Notes under the pieces: generated by a model
Seen by the model: only the letters and a program-made list of their open reading frames with translations
Told to the model about the DNA's origin: nothing
The model's database searches: none
Shown here: one piece after another, positions 25,308-36,894 of the stretch
Layout of the letters: each line of letters begins with the position of its first letter
Position numbering within the stretch: position 1 is the stretch's first letter
Translations under genes and position numbers: made by a program
Source of the DNA: Negaprion brevirostris
Lineage: Eukaryota
DNA length: 64,000 nucleotides
Direction: 5' to 3'
NCBI GenBank assembly: GCA_030324005.1
Contig: JARDVH010000106.1
Span: 39,174,521-39,238,520, forward strand

Positions 25308-25642
25308 GTTTCGCTACGCCTCCAGTCTCCCCTAGGAAAAGGACTGTTTCATCTGGCACCACAAGCAGCAACTGGCAAGGACAGCAAAAAACCAGCACAC
25401 CAGTGTCACGATCATCAGCTAAACGACAGAGGAACAAGGAAAGCCACAAACGTGGTGTCTTGTGTACTGGAGAGGAAGAGGATCATTTATTTTCACCAAT
25501 TTCACCAAATTATTCAAACACAGAACGAGAAAAACCTTCAGGAAAGCGCCAGTGTAAAACAAAACACCTAATGCGCCAGGATAGAAGAAGGTCATCGCTG
25601 ACAGCAGATGACTCAACTGATGTTGAGAGTTCAGAAGACAAG
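25308..25642 (+). CDS. BCOR: BCOR exon 9 equivalent, 335 nt, phase 1-0
   Basis: tgtttag|GT acceptor and AAG|gtataa donor. Encodes EKPSGKRQCKTKHL. Confidence 0.93.
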
Positions 25643-25754
25643 GTATAAGCTTAATTTACTTGTATTTTTGTGCGAGGTATGATATGTAGCGGACACAGAC
25701 ACAAACAAATCTTCTCCATTCTTGAGTAAGGGTCACAATAAGACAGCAAGAATC

Positions 25755-25840
25755 ATTAAAAAGATGCAAAATACTGTGGATTATGGAAATCTGAAATAAA
25801 ATTATTAAGATTTCAGGTTGATGACCTTTCTTCAGAACAA
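25755..25840 (-). mobile_element. Short Penelope-like terminal fragment with hammerhead core
   Basis: aaaatactgtggat...ggaaatctgaaataaaa followed by the reverse complement of CTGAAGAAAGGTCATCAACCTGAAA. Confidence 0.6.
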
Positions 25841-28704
25841 AAGAAAGATAGGAATGCAAGAGTTTTTTTAAGGCCTTCATTGACCTCTTCTTTGAAAAGA
25901 CAAACTTGTATTTATGTACTGCCTTATTGTATCTCATAGAAAGGCCACAAAGCATTTTTAGTACTGGTTTAGTACTTCCACACATCCTGTGAGTCCATTG
26001 AAACTCTCCTTGAGTATCCTGCAAAGGTTCAATAACTACAAATTACTACAGTCATCTTTCTATTATCCCAGATTACAATCTAAAACACCTCATTACCCCA
26101 TTGGTGCATTCATTAATGTGAAACAGCCCCTTCCCTGTACCAATGGCTGCAGCTTATGGCTTTGAGATGGTCCATAAACCTTTTCTTAACTCACTTTCAT
26201 GTAAAAGTAGCACTTCAATATAACTGATATCCTCGTGGAGAAATGGATGGAAGTTTGGCTAAACAGCAAGGCTCGTTGCACATTGCAGTAATGAACTGTG
26301 CAAAATGGGAAAACCCTAGATTCAGTCCTTAGACTGAGGTGAGTTGTTTCATTCATGATAGCAGCAGGATTGCTACCGTGATGTCCCCAAGTTAGAGAGC
26401 AAGAAATCAACAAGCGTTTTCATTCTTAATTACTAAATTAGTCGCTGCTGAAAAACTTGTATATAGGATTGGGCTCAACTTGAATAATAACCCACCAGGT
26501 GACAGACAAAGTGAACTTTAGTCGCCTTGGATTCGTATATCCTTTGTGGGTGAGATTGGCAATAGTCAAAAGAAGAGAAAATATATTATTGTATTCAACT
26601 TTTCTGTGCTGAAATGCACCTATCAGTTATTAAGATGGCTTGAGGTTTCAAAATACTAAATTTTATTTCATCTGATTTTTAAAATTATGCACAACCACTT
26701 TCAAAGTTGGATAAAGAGGTTTGTTGTGTCATACATTTTGGAATAATTTAATTTAATATCCGGTGGAAGTTATGCATGGATGGAAACAATTAATGGTAAT
26801 TACACAGTTTAGCATAAATTTCCTGGTTCCTTATTTCTTGGTTAGCAATTCTGTACACACATCTGTGGGACTTGTTTGGTTAATGTGGAACAGAACTTGC
26901 TGTGGATCCAATTAGCAGGCATACGCCACTTCTAATATCCGTTGTGTGAGATTTTGCCATGTGCTACCAAAGGGTTAATTGGTAGGGATAGGCTGCATAA
27001 TGCATAATCGTGTTAAATTCTGTTTCAGCAAAGAGCAGGCGAAAATTTTGAAATATCCAAATAGTAAAACTTAGTATAATCTAGTGATGTGCCCCAAGTG
27101 TAATTAGAGTTCAGGTATATATTGTGAACATGTCTTTCTGCGTGGTAAGGAGTAATACCTCTTCTTCCACGACTGTCTTCCTCCATCATTATCCCAGTAG
27201 AGTCTGTTTTTAACATTGCAGAATTTTTTTAAAAATTGCAGATTTACTTTATGATGTTGGAAGAGGCAAATGTATTTCTGCACAATGTACAGTTTCTTCC
27301 ACCTGCTTATAACTCAAGCTGTACAAATAGCATTTAGTACTATTCCAGTAACCAGGACCCAATGTAATTCTTCTTGTGTTAATGGTAATCGTGTCTAGAT
27401 TCGGTTGCTATATTATGCTGGGCATTATTCGTCTATTAACCTAATAAATGCAGAGTTTTGCTAAACTGCAAAAATAGGTAGGCAAGTCACCTCCATTTAT
27501 AGCAACTTAATAGAAACTCCTTTGTCTCGTAGCTCAGCCCAGTTTCTAAGAACAAGTGGGAGATTTTACTTCACTAACATAATAACTTTGGAAATGTTAT
27601 ACTTGGTCAGTGTGATTCACAATGCAAACTTGCAGCTGAAATATGAAAAGAGTTGCAGTGTGAGTTACTGAACTGTTAATTAGAAATTGATTTATGTTGA
27701 ACACTCAAAATTGTACATGCAGCTTTGCATAGCATCAAGCGTCTGATTATTCTGAGTATTTAATTCCATCATGTAGTTAATTAAACTTGTTCTTAACTAA
27801 TCAGGTATGGCCCACCTTTGTTTTGAGGGAAAAATTGAACATTTGAACATTTCAAATACTTTTTGGCCTTTATTTTCAGTACCTAAAGTAATCTTGATTC
27901 AAAACTTAAATAATATGATTTCAAATAGAAATGTCTCTTCTTTGTAACCTGGGAACAACATAAAACATTATATCAGCAACAATTCTGTGACATGGGATAG
28001 AAATCTCAGGCATTCAGTGTAGGTTTTGCTTTTTCTGACACAAACAGTATATCTTGACCATGAATATGAACACTAAAACATTTGATGTAATAATTAAGAC
28101 CACTGTGGTTATTTGATAGCGTTCAGACTATTTTCTTGTATGAGTGCATTTTAATAAATGCATTGATCTTGCCAACAGGTGTTAAGGGAGAGTCTACTAG
28201 CAGAAAATTATGTCTTTGTTTTGAGATTGGGATTTTCTTTCCGCTTCCTTGCTTCTTGACTATTTCCTGCAAGTACGGGAAAACCTGTCTTGTGTTAAGT
28301 GTCACTCATGGCATAATATCACAACACAGGAAGCCTCCCGTACCAAGGACAGCTACCTTGCAATGGCTTTCGAGATTTGCTTCTGAAGGCTGTAACTGAG
28401 TAGGGAGGTAGTAATTCAACTATGCCATTTCCTTTGTGTAAAAATATGGGCCCCAATTATATATGTACCATGCTCCTTCCAAACTGGTGTTGGGGTGAAC
28501 TGTCCACAGCTATATCAGGGGTAGAGATGTGTTATCAGCAGAATTTGTACTTCATTCCTTTCATCACTGAACAAAGGCTGCAGTATGTGAGGTTGATAGA
28601 TCTGCTGAGTTTCCTAGAGAGTCCTCAACTGTACTTGCATTATCATTTAGTATCTTATAGAAAAACAGAATGATACCTTGTGGAATATTTGGATGATATC
28701 TTAG

Positions 28705-29010
28705 AATAATAGAACGGTTACAGCACAAGAGGAGGCTGTTCAGCCTGATTTGTCTATGCTGGCGCTCTGAAGAAGCAATTCACTTGGTGCCATTCCCCTG
28801 AAGCCCTTCATTTTCTTTCCTTTTCAGATGTTGATCCACTTCCCTTTTGAAAGCCTCAATTAAACCTGCCCCCACCAGGCTGTTAGGTAGTGCATTGCAG
28901 ATACTAACCACTCACTTTGTGGAGGAGATTTTCCTCATTTCGCCATTGCTTTTTTTGCAAACTACCTTAAATCTGAGCCATTGGTGGAACGTTCTTTATC
29001 CTTCCACCAA
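28705..29010 (-). mobile_element. CR1 LINE 3' fragment
   Basis: tagaacggttacagcacaagaggaggctgttcagcc is the reverse complement of the CR1 tail. Confidence 0.65.
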
Positions 29011-29917
29011 TGGTAACCACTTCTTTTTATTCAGACCCCCCACTGTGGAAGAATAGGAATGAAATTTAATTTTTCTTTTCCAGTGTTTGAGGAAAAAAGC
29101 AATTGGGATTTGGAGAGATTAATTTCAGGAGGTGATCTTTCATGCCAAACATCCACCACCACCACCAGAAATGTATAGGCTGCCAAATAGAAACAGCCAC
29201 TCAATTGTGGATTGACCAGGCATCTTATAGTACGATGCCCTGGATTTCCAAAATAATTGTCTGCTTCCTGCTCCATAACCTTGCCACAGAATAAAACCTC
29301 AGCATGAATCTAGAAGGCCTGAGTAGTCAAAGCATGATTGATCTGGAGGATGGAAATAGTAATGAGAAAGTAGCAGTGGTACCAGCAGAGAAAATGGATA
29401 TTAAATGCAGATGCCTTTCAAGGAATGCCACAGCAACCCATTTCTCAAACCACATTTACTAAATAACTACACAATCACTTTGAGAAGCAATTCCATATTC
29501 AGTTCTTCAAATACCATCCATTATCACCTTATGTTGGGGCCCTGTTGTAAACAAAGATGAAAAAGTGCATCATGGCGTTCAAATCAGTTGCCTATCATTT
29601 CCCATGTTATGCTGCATGAAGGTTAGCAGCTTGAGTTGGCATGAAGCTGCCCCTCAATAGTTGTCACTTCATTCAGATATGTGACATCAAACCTAGCACT
29701 TCTCCAAATTTTCCCTGTGACAATGATGAGCATGTTGGCTGAATGCAGGGTTTCATTGATAGTTTGCCAGGAATTTAGAAACCTGAAACCAGTCAGGGCT
29801 ATGTACTGAGTGCTCGGCGTGTGAATTGGATACATTCAAGACTTTGGTCACTATGAGCTGACTGTGATTTTTGCCTGCTTTCAGTTACCTCCTGCCATGA
29901 ATGGTTCACTAATTCTC

Positions 29918-30193
29918 TGGCACAGTGGTTAGCACTGCTGCCTCACAGCGCCAGGAACCCGGGTTCAATTCCCAGCTTGGGTCACTGTCTGTGTGGAGCT
30001 TGCATGTTCTCCCTGTGTCTGTGTGGGTTTCCTCCAGGTGCTCTGGTTTCCTTCCACAGTTTGAAAGATGTGCTGATTAGATGCATTGACCCAAACAGGC
30101 ACTGGAGTGTGGTGACTAGGGGAATTTCACAGTAACTTCATTGCAGTGTTAATGTAAGCCCCACTTGTGATACTAATAAATAAACTTTAAACT
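29918..30193 (+). mobile_element. V-SINE with alternative (type B) 3' tail
   Basis: Head GGCACAGTGGTTAGCACTGCTGCCTCACAGCGCCAGG and V-domain, then tail TTTCACAGTAACTTCATTGCAGTGTTAATGTAAGCC...TAATAAATAAACTTT. Confidence 0.88.
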
Positions 30194-30462
30194 TTTGGAT
30201 AGGGTAACCACCAGTCCGTCAAATCATGTGCCTTATCTTCTGGAGTATTTGCAGAAGAGTTTGCAGCTCCTGGCTTATCAAACTAACTTTTCTCATCAAA
30301 TAACAAACACATTTTAAGCAGTTTGTTAGTTAACTTTGCTATTTGCTATTTCAGGTACTTGTTGGCTAGCTCATAGATGGCAACCAAGATTTACTGTAAA
30401 CTGGCTGGAAAATATAATCCCAAAGACAGTTTATCCATGAATAATCCCCCACCAATAATTTC

Positions 30463-30633
30463 TAAACAGAAAATGCTGGAGAATCTCAGCAAACCTAGCT
30501 AGCTCTGATGAAGGGTCACCCAGATTCGAAATGTTGGCTCTATTCTCTCTCCACAGATGCTGTCAGACCTGCTGAGATTTTCCAGCATTTTCTGTTTTTG
30601 TTTCAGATTCCAGCAACCACAGTGTTTTGCTTT
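30463..30633 (+). mobile_element. Penelope-like terminal element with partial inverted copy and hammerhead motif
   Basis: 30464-30491 is the reverse complement of 30570-30597. CTGATGA...GAAA core at 30505-30531. TAATTTC direct repeats at 30456-30462 and 30634-30640. Confidence 0.75.
30501..30539 (+). ncRNA. Minimal type I hammerhead ribozyme motif (degenerate), PLE-associated
   Basis: AGCU-CUGAUGA-A-GGGUC-ACCCA-GAUUC-GAAA-UG-UU-GGCU. Stem I AGCU/GGCU, stem II GGGUC/GAUUC, conserved catalytic core. Confidence 0.6.
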
Positions 30634-33201
30634 TAATTTCCAAGCTAATATCTTTTTGTAAATTTAATAAATCTTCTTATCCAACAGGAAATTATCAATA
30701 TTAAAAATTCATCATCAGTGGGGCTGTTTTGGGAATGCAGAAGGGAATTTACTGACGGTCCAATTATGAGCTCTGTCACTTCCAGCATATTGTCAATTTA
30801 CACGGGACATGCCACACAACTTTTTGAAAAGCCTTTTTAGGAGATAAATTTTATGATAGCCACCTCGGCCCTTGAGTTATTTCAAACTTTATTTAAATTT
30901 CTGAGCGTTTAATTTCAATTGATACCACTGTCATAACTAAAATTTATGGAATGATTGTAAATGACAAATTTTACAAAATGATTTCTTCCAGATTCACACT
31001 CCGTGATTTTATGTCCCAAATTTATGAATGGAAAATTGAGGAGTGCACAGCCATGAGTTTCTAATATACATGGTTATCGACAAGACGATGTGTACATTCA
31101 TAAAATTGGCCCTTAAGTATTCATAGAATTATAGAAATTGCAGCACTTAAAGAGAGTAATTGGTCCATCATTCCTATGCCAGAACTACTACTTAAACTGA
31201 AAATATCTATTCTAATTCTAGTTCAACATCTTTTTAAATTCTTCCTTTTCAAGCACCTCTAATTCCTTTTTAAATGATGTAACTCAGCCTCAATAGCTAT
31301 TTGTGGAAAAGCAGTCGATTTTCTAATAATCTTTCACGTGAAAACATCTCAACCGAGTTTCCCATTCATTCCTTTCCTCATAATTCTCCCCATTGATTCT
31401 TTTGCTCATAATTCTGACTTAGTTTTAAGTAGGATCTAACATTGTCACCCTCCTAATCTGCATGCTGTTCAGGGGAGAACATCCACAGACAAGCTTCCAA
31501 TTGTGTACTGATATTACCCAGCTCTATTTTGTTGCAACCTCTCCACCACCCCTGCTATTTCTATTTTATCAGATTGACCCCGCAACAAACTTTATACACT
31601 TGCCATTAACTCTATCTCCTCTTTCAGCCACACCCTCTCAAGTTGAATTAAGTATTCTCAACCTCATCCTATTCAAATGTTCAGAGCTCTTGACCTCTCT
31701 CTCTCTCTCATCGCAAAGACCGACCACTTCTACCACTGTCGCATCATCTGTCTCCACCATAAATGTGAACATCTCCTGCTGTAAACCCTTATTAATGATT
31801 TTTCACTTACAGGCTAATTTTTCATTTGTATCCTATCCTCCATTCTACATGACATCTATCCTCTCTCAAACTCATGCTCCTTATAGCCTATGCTCACACA
31901 GGGATGCTAACCTATTGCTGCTGTCCTTGTTGCTCTTAGTTGTCCCAAAACTTTCAGTTTAAAATTTCTAACCCATGTGTTTAACCCTTTGATGACCTTC
32001 TCCATTTCATACTACTGTAACCTCTCCTAGTCCTAACACCATGAGTCCTGTGATCTCTAACTTTTCAAGAATTCTCCATTCAACTCCACGCTTGGTCGCC
32101 ACCCCTCAAGCCCCATGCCCTGAATGCATCAAAACTCTCTGCTTCTTCACCTCCTATCTTCTCTTTGATCAAACCTTTAGTCCTCTCTCTCAATATTACC
32201 TCCTTTGGGTCAGCAAGCATTTATTTATACTTATGCCTCTGTGAAGCACATTTTTTAAACAAGATAGAGATGCAAGTTATTTTTGTTCTTAACATAAAGT
32301 TCTGCAAGACTTATTTTGATTAAAATTCTAAGCTTCAGCTTAGTTTCCTAGGTTAGTGTGGTTAGGGAATCGAGTCATTCTGAAGTTGTATCCATTGTTG
32401 TTAGTAGTGGATCTGCACGGGGGCCTCTGTAAACATTTCTCTTGCTCGATGCTGACTTAGCACCAGCAACAAAGGGTTGAAACACATCTACAAACCTTAG
32501 GCCTTCAAAACAAACAGTTTCAGCACAAGTATCCCAATATTTTTCATTTTATCTTGGAATATGGACAATACTAGAAAAGACAGTTTCACCATGCTTCAGA
32601 CTGAAATCATGTTTATGCCAGGCTGGATAAGATTGATTGCAAGTTCCTTTTGCAAATTGTTGTTGGTGAGCCAGTTGAGTTTTCATGACAGTTCGGTGTT
32701 TTCATGGTTTCTTTTTAGTGCTCGTCCCCGAATCACCATGAGGAGCTTTCAACTTGTGTCCTGTGGGCAACAAGTTCAGTACCAGAACCGCTACATGATC
32801 AGACCCCTGTTTAAAGTGTATTGTTAATGACCATTTACTAGATCCGTCAATTCTCCTGTGTTCAGTTGCTTTCAACAGCTTTCCTTGAATACATTTTAAG
32901 TGTTTGACTTCTGAGCTGATTAATACATCATTTTAAAAATGTGCAGTGATATCTTGCTTAAATAACTGTATTTCAAAGTGATTTGTTGTATTGAAAGCAC
33001 TTTGGGATGTTTCTGAGCGATGTGATAAGGCACTACGCAAATGTAATTTTTTGCTTTATTGCTGTTCAGCTAACTTTATATGCTTTTTTTCTTATAACTG
33101 AGCAGAGAATTTGAAGAAGATATTTAGAATAGGCTTACCTAACAAACTAGCTCAGTGTCCTCCATCCCATTAATGATTTTTTTTTGGTTGATTACTTGCA
33201 G

Positions 33202-33474
33202 CAAAACAGTGTGAACAGGAATTCTAGAAAGCGCCCAGCACTAACCACCGGCACAGATTCCACACCAAAGAAAATATGTGAGCAGAAAACTTCTGATCGT
33301 TTGTTGCAGATTCCATTATTACTGCAATTCTCCAAGCCTTTGGCTGCACAAGCAGTTAACTCTCCACAGGAGACAACTCCAAGTCGCCCCATGCCTCCAG
33401 AAGCACGCAGACTCATTGTCAATAAAAACGCTGGTGAAACTTTACTGCAAAGAGCAGCACGCCTAGGCTATGAG
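33202..33474 (+). CDS. BCOR: BCOR exon 10 equivalent, start of ankyrin repeats, 273 nt, phase 0-0
   Basis: ttgcag|CAA acceptor and GAG|gtgagt donor. Encodes [31 protein letters not shown]. Confidence 0.95.
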
Positions 33475-35509
33475 GTGAGTTCTGTGTTTGACAATAGATA
33501 ACGTGATCAAAGAATTCTTTCACTTTGTTTTCTGTCACTTACTGTAGTCGTAAAATATTAATTGAGTTTTATTATAGTGTTTAGTTTAATTTCCATCTGG
33601 ATCAATATGTCATTTTATAATGGTCACAATAAGTTTGGTGGATGCAATACTTAAGCATAGAAATGGTAGCAGTTTACAGGTTTTTTTAAGAGCATATCAA
33701 TTATATAAGAATACCAAGTTGGAGCATAAATTTAGACTAAATACTTCACTTTAAATATTACTTCGAATATCCAAAATATGAAAAAATCCTGAGTAAGATT
33801 TAAAATGTGACATTATCAATCTGCATCAAATGTGTTTTAAACAAGGTGTACTAAGTTTTGTTTTGTCTTGTGATTAGGTTATAAATGGTTATTTTTCTAA
33901 CTAAATCTTTGGATTTAGTTTACCTTAGCTACATTTACTTTAGCTAGTCCCCCTGACATTTAAGGTCACTCAAGCAGATAATTTAATAACAAAGAATAAT
34001 AGAAATTCCTGCTACATTTCTACATTACAGTGTAGTGAAAAATAATTTTTTTGCTGTCACGACAACACATAGTGGCAGCAGCAGTAATAGCAATCACAGG
34101 CAATCAGTACCTATTATACTTACAATGTGCATAACTTGTTATAGATTTGAAAATATTTGTCCTCAGGGAATAAAAGCTTACTTTGACTCTTTCAGTTGAT
34201 TCTCTACCTTAGTGACTAGGTTAGCCACCTATACATTACCAGTGTACTAACTAACCTGTGGTTACACAAATAGAAATGCAGGTATCAGTGATAAAGCACA
34301 ATGGTGTTTTGAAGTTTTTAGTATAGTAGTGAATTTCTCAGCTGGTAGCAGTAAAGAATCTTCTTGGGTTACATTGTGCTTATCTGTGTGCCATGCCACC
34401 TTTCACTTCTGAAAAGAAATAGGCACTGTTTTGCAGCTTAAATCATAGTACTGATTACATCATGTGGGATAAATTTCCAGTGTGGAGCTTTAAGATGCGC
34501 ACTGTTCCAGAATTCTGACCTGTCCTACATCCAGTAAGATTCTTCGCTAGCTGCAGGGCATTGCAAAAATGATGTCGTAATTGTATATTTCATGAATATT
34601 TACTGACTGGCTCAATTTATCAAAACATTAGTAAATTAACCAGATGTTGAGCCATATTTTTCTTACCTGTTCATCAGTTAATGAAATGTATTAAGTGTTA
34701 CTATGTCATATTCATCAGAGAGATTCTGTTTACCCTAGTCATTAGGGACTTGGGTGAGACAGCGTGTGGACATGCTTTCAAAGTTACACTCCCAAATGCC
34801 ACTTCAGTGTTCTGATGCCTCCAAGGCATGCTGCTATTTTAAAAAAAGGATAATGGGGGTTGCCAGGAACCTACTTGCCTCCAATTAATTGCCTATAACG
34901 CTCCTNNNNNNNNNNNNNNNNNNNNNNNNNNNNNNNNNNNNNNNNNNNNNNNNNNNNNNNNNNNNNNNNNNNNNNNNNNNNNNNNNNNNNNNNNNNNNNN
35001 NNNNNNNNNNNNNNNNNNNNNNNNNNNNNNNNNNNNNNNNNNNNNNNNNNGACAAAACGCGTTATTCGATTAGAACATGTCTACAACTTTTACGTTAGCC
35101 ACTTTGCCACTTCTCTGTGCTAAGAGGCTGCTAGCCCTCTGATCTCCTGCACCCTCTGTTTTGCAAGGTAGTGGGAAGCTCAGTCATGGCTGCTGTCTGC
35201 TTTTGAGGATTGTATGAAAGAGTCAGTTCTCATCTGTTAATGGTGCTTAGCGCCATCATTCGGTGCTGAGCTCACTTCTGACCCAGTTAGGATTTCTATT
35301 TAAGGATAACGTCACAGGGTTGGGACCTGGAAATGATCCAGGCATCAGGTTCACACCCAGCTTGAATATCCAGTCCTAAATGTTCCAAATTTCTCTAACC
35401 AATTTGCACATAGATAAAACATATCTAAAAATTGTGACTACTAGCCTAAGGAGCGAGGGTCACACGATTGCTTCAGTGTAAATTGGGATATCCTGATATG
35501 CATCCAAAT

Positions 35510-35817
35510 CATCATAGAATCCCTATAGTGCAGAAGGAAGTAATTCAGCCCATCAAGTCTGCACCGACCACAATCCCATCCAGGCCCCATCACCATAACC
35601 TGATGCATTTACCTTAGCTAAGGGACAATTTAACATGGCCAATCCACCTAACCAGCACATCTTTGCACTGTTGGAAGAAACATGAGCACCCAGAGAAAAA
35701 CCATGCAGACACAGGGAGAATGTGTAAACGCCACACAGACAGTTACCCAAGCCAGGAATTAAACCCAGGCCCCAGGCACTGTGAGGCAGCACTGCTAACC
35801 ACTGTGCCACCATGCCA
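35510..35817 (-). mobile_element. HE1-type V-SINE with CR1-like tail
   Basis: Reverse complement of head, V-domain and tail (ORF 35553-35813 MVAQWLA is the SINE head read as protein). Confidence 0.88.
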
Positions 35818-36119
35818 CAATTTGTTGACCTTTTCTATAATACTATGTAGTTTATTTACAGAATGTAAAGTAAAACCACTAATGTGGTGTACACACACTA
35901 ATCTCTGCCGGGGACTACAGTTCAGCAGGCCCAGTCCTGGATCTGACTTCTAAAAGACTCAGTGACTGAATTCCAGCTAGGCAGGCCACTGCCTGTTATG
36001 GGAGGAACTCATACTCAATAAGCCCCACAGAAAAATCAATTAGTGATTCCCAATGGACCTCATGGAGAGTTATCACAGCTTTTTAATTCTAGATTACATT
36101 GAATGTTTGTCACAATGGT

Positions 36120-36665
36120 TATAAGTTCAACATGAAAGTCAGAATACATAAAGTACATGAATGAAATCTGTTAGTCTGGTATATGGAAAAAATGCAGTGG
36201 AATGTTACTAATAAAAAGAGACTGCTGAAGCTAAAATGAAGAGTATACGAGACAGCAGTGAGACCAGCCTTATATAGTACAGCAACTTGGGCAATGTCTA
36301 GACAGGAATAGCTCCTGGATACTAATGAAATGCAGATGTTGAGATGGACGTGTGAGTAACAAGATCGGGAACCAGCACATCTCAAAGATTGTGGGACCAT
36401 TGAAGAAAGTAGCTAACAAACAATTGAAATGGTGTGATCACCTGTTGCGGGGAGAGAGAGGAAATATGATGAGTAAGTGATGGAAATGGAACTGCCAGGA
36501 AGAGAAGGAGACAAAGAAGGCCTAGACTAGGTGAAAGAATGCTGTGGTGAGAGACTTGAACACAGTGGGATTGGAAGAAGAATGACAGGAAGAAATGAAA
36601 GAGAGTGATCGACCAGTATTGTGGCAATCCCAAGTAAAACGGGAGAAACTGAAAGAGAAAGACTG
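36120..36665 (+). mobile_element. RTE-clade LINE 3' fragment
   Basis: Decayed translation VYETAVRPALYSTATWAM...TNEMQMLRWT and RRRRQRRPR, resembling RTE YKTVVRPAMLYGAETW / EMRMLRW / GKRRRGRP. Confidence 0.75.
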
Positions 36666-36894
36666 AGAGCTGTAATGATTAAAATATTCTGCTAGATTTT
36701 CAAGTCTTTATTAACCTTTCAAGAATAGCATGCCATTGATGGTTTGAGTCAAAAAATGATCTCGGAGCATAAAGACAGAGTAGACCATTCAGCCTTCCAA
36801 AAGGTTCATGGTTGATCTGTACTTCAACTCCATTTATCCATCTTTTGTTTATATTTCTTCAGACCCTTATCTAACAAAAATCTATCCTTTCATA

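Noticed and set aside
29918-29975. tRNA-like sequences
   Set aside because: They are SINE heads continuing into V-domain sequence, not tRNA genes.
31462-31962. 166-aa + strand ORF in intron 9
   Set aside because: Pyrimidine-rich decayed L2-like sequence, with no BCOR homology or convincing splice context.
35553-35813. Recurrent short ORFs beginning MVAQWLA (3409, 35813, 45635, 59813)
   Set aside because: These are translations of the V-SINE tRNA-derived head, not a peptide family.
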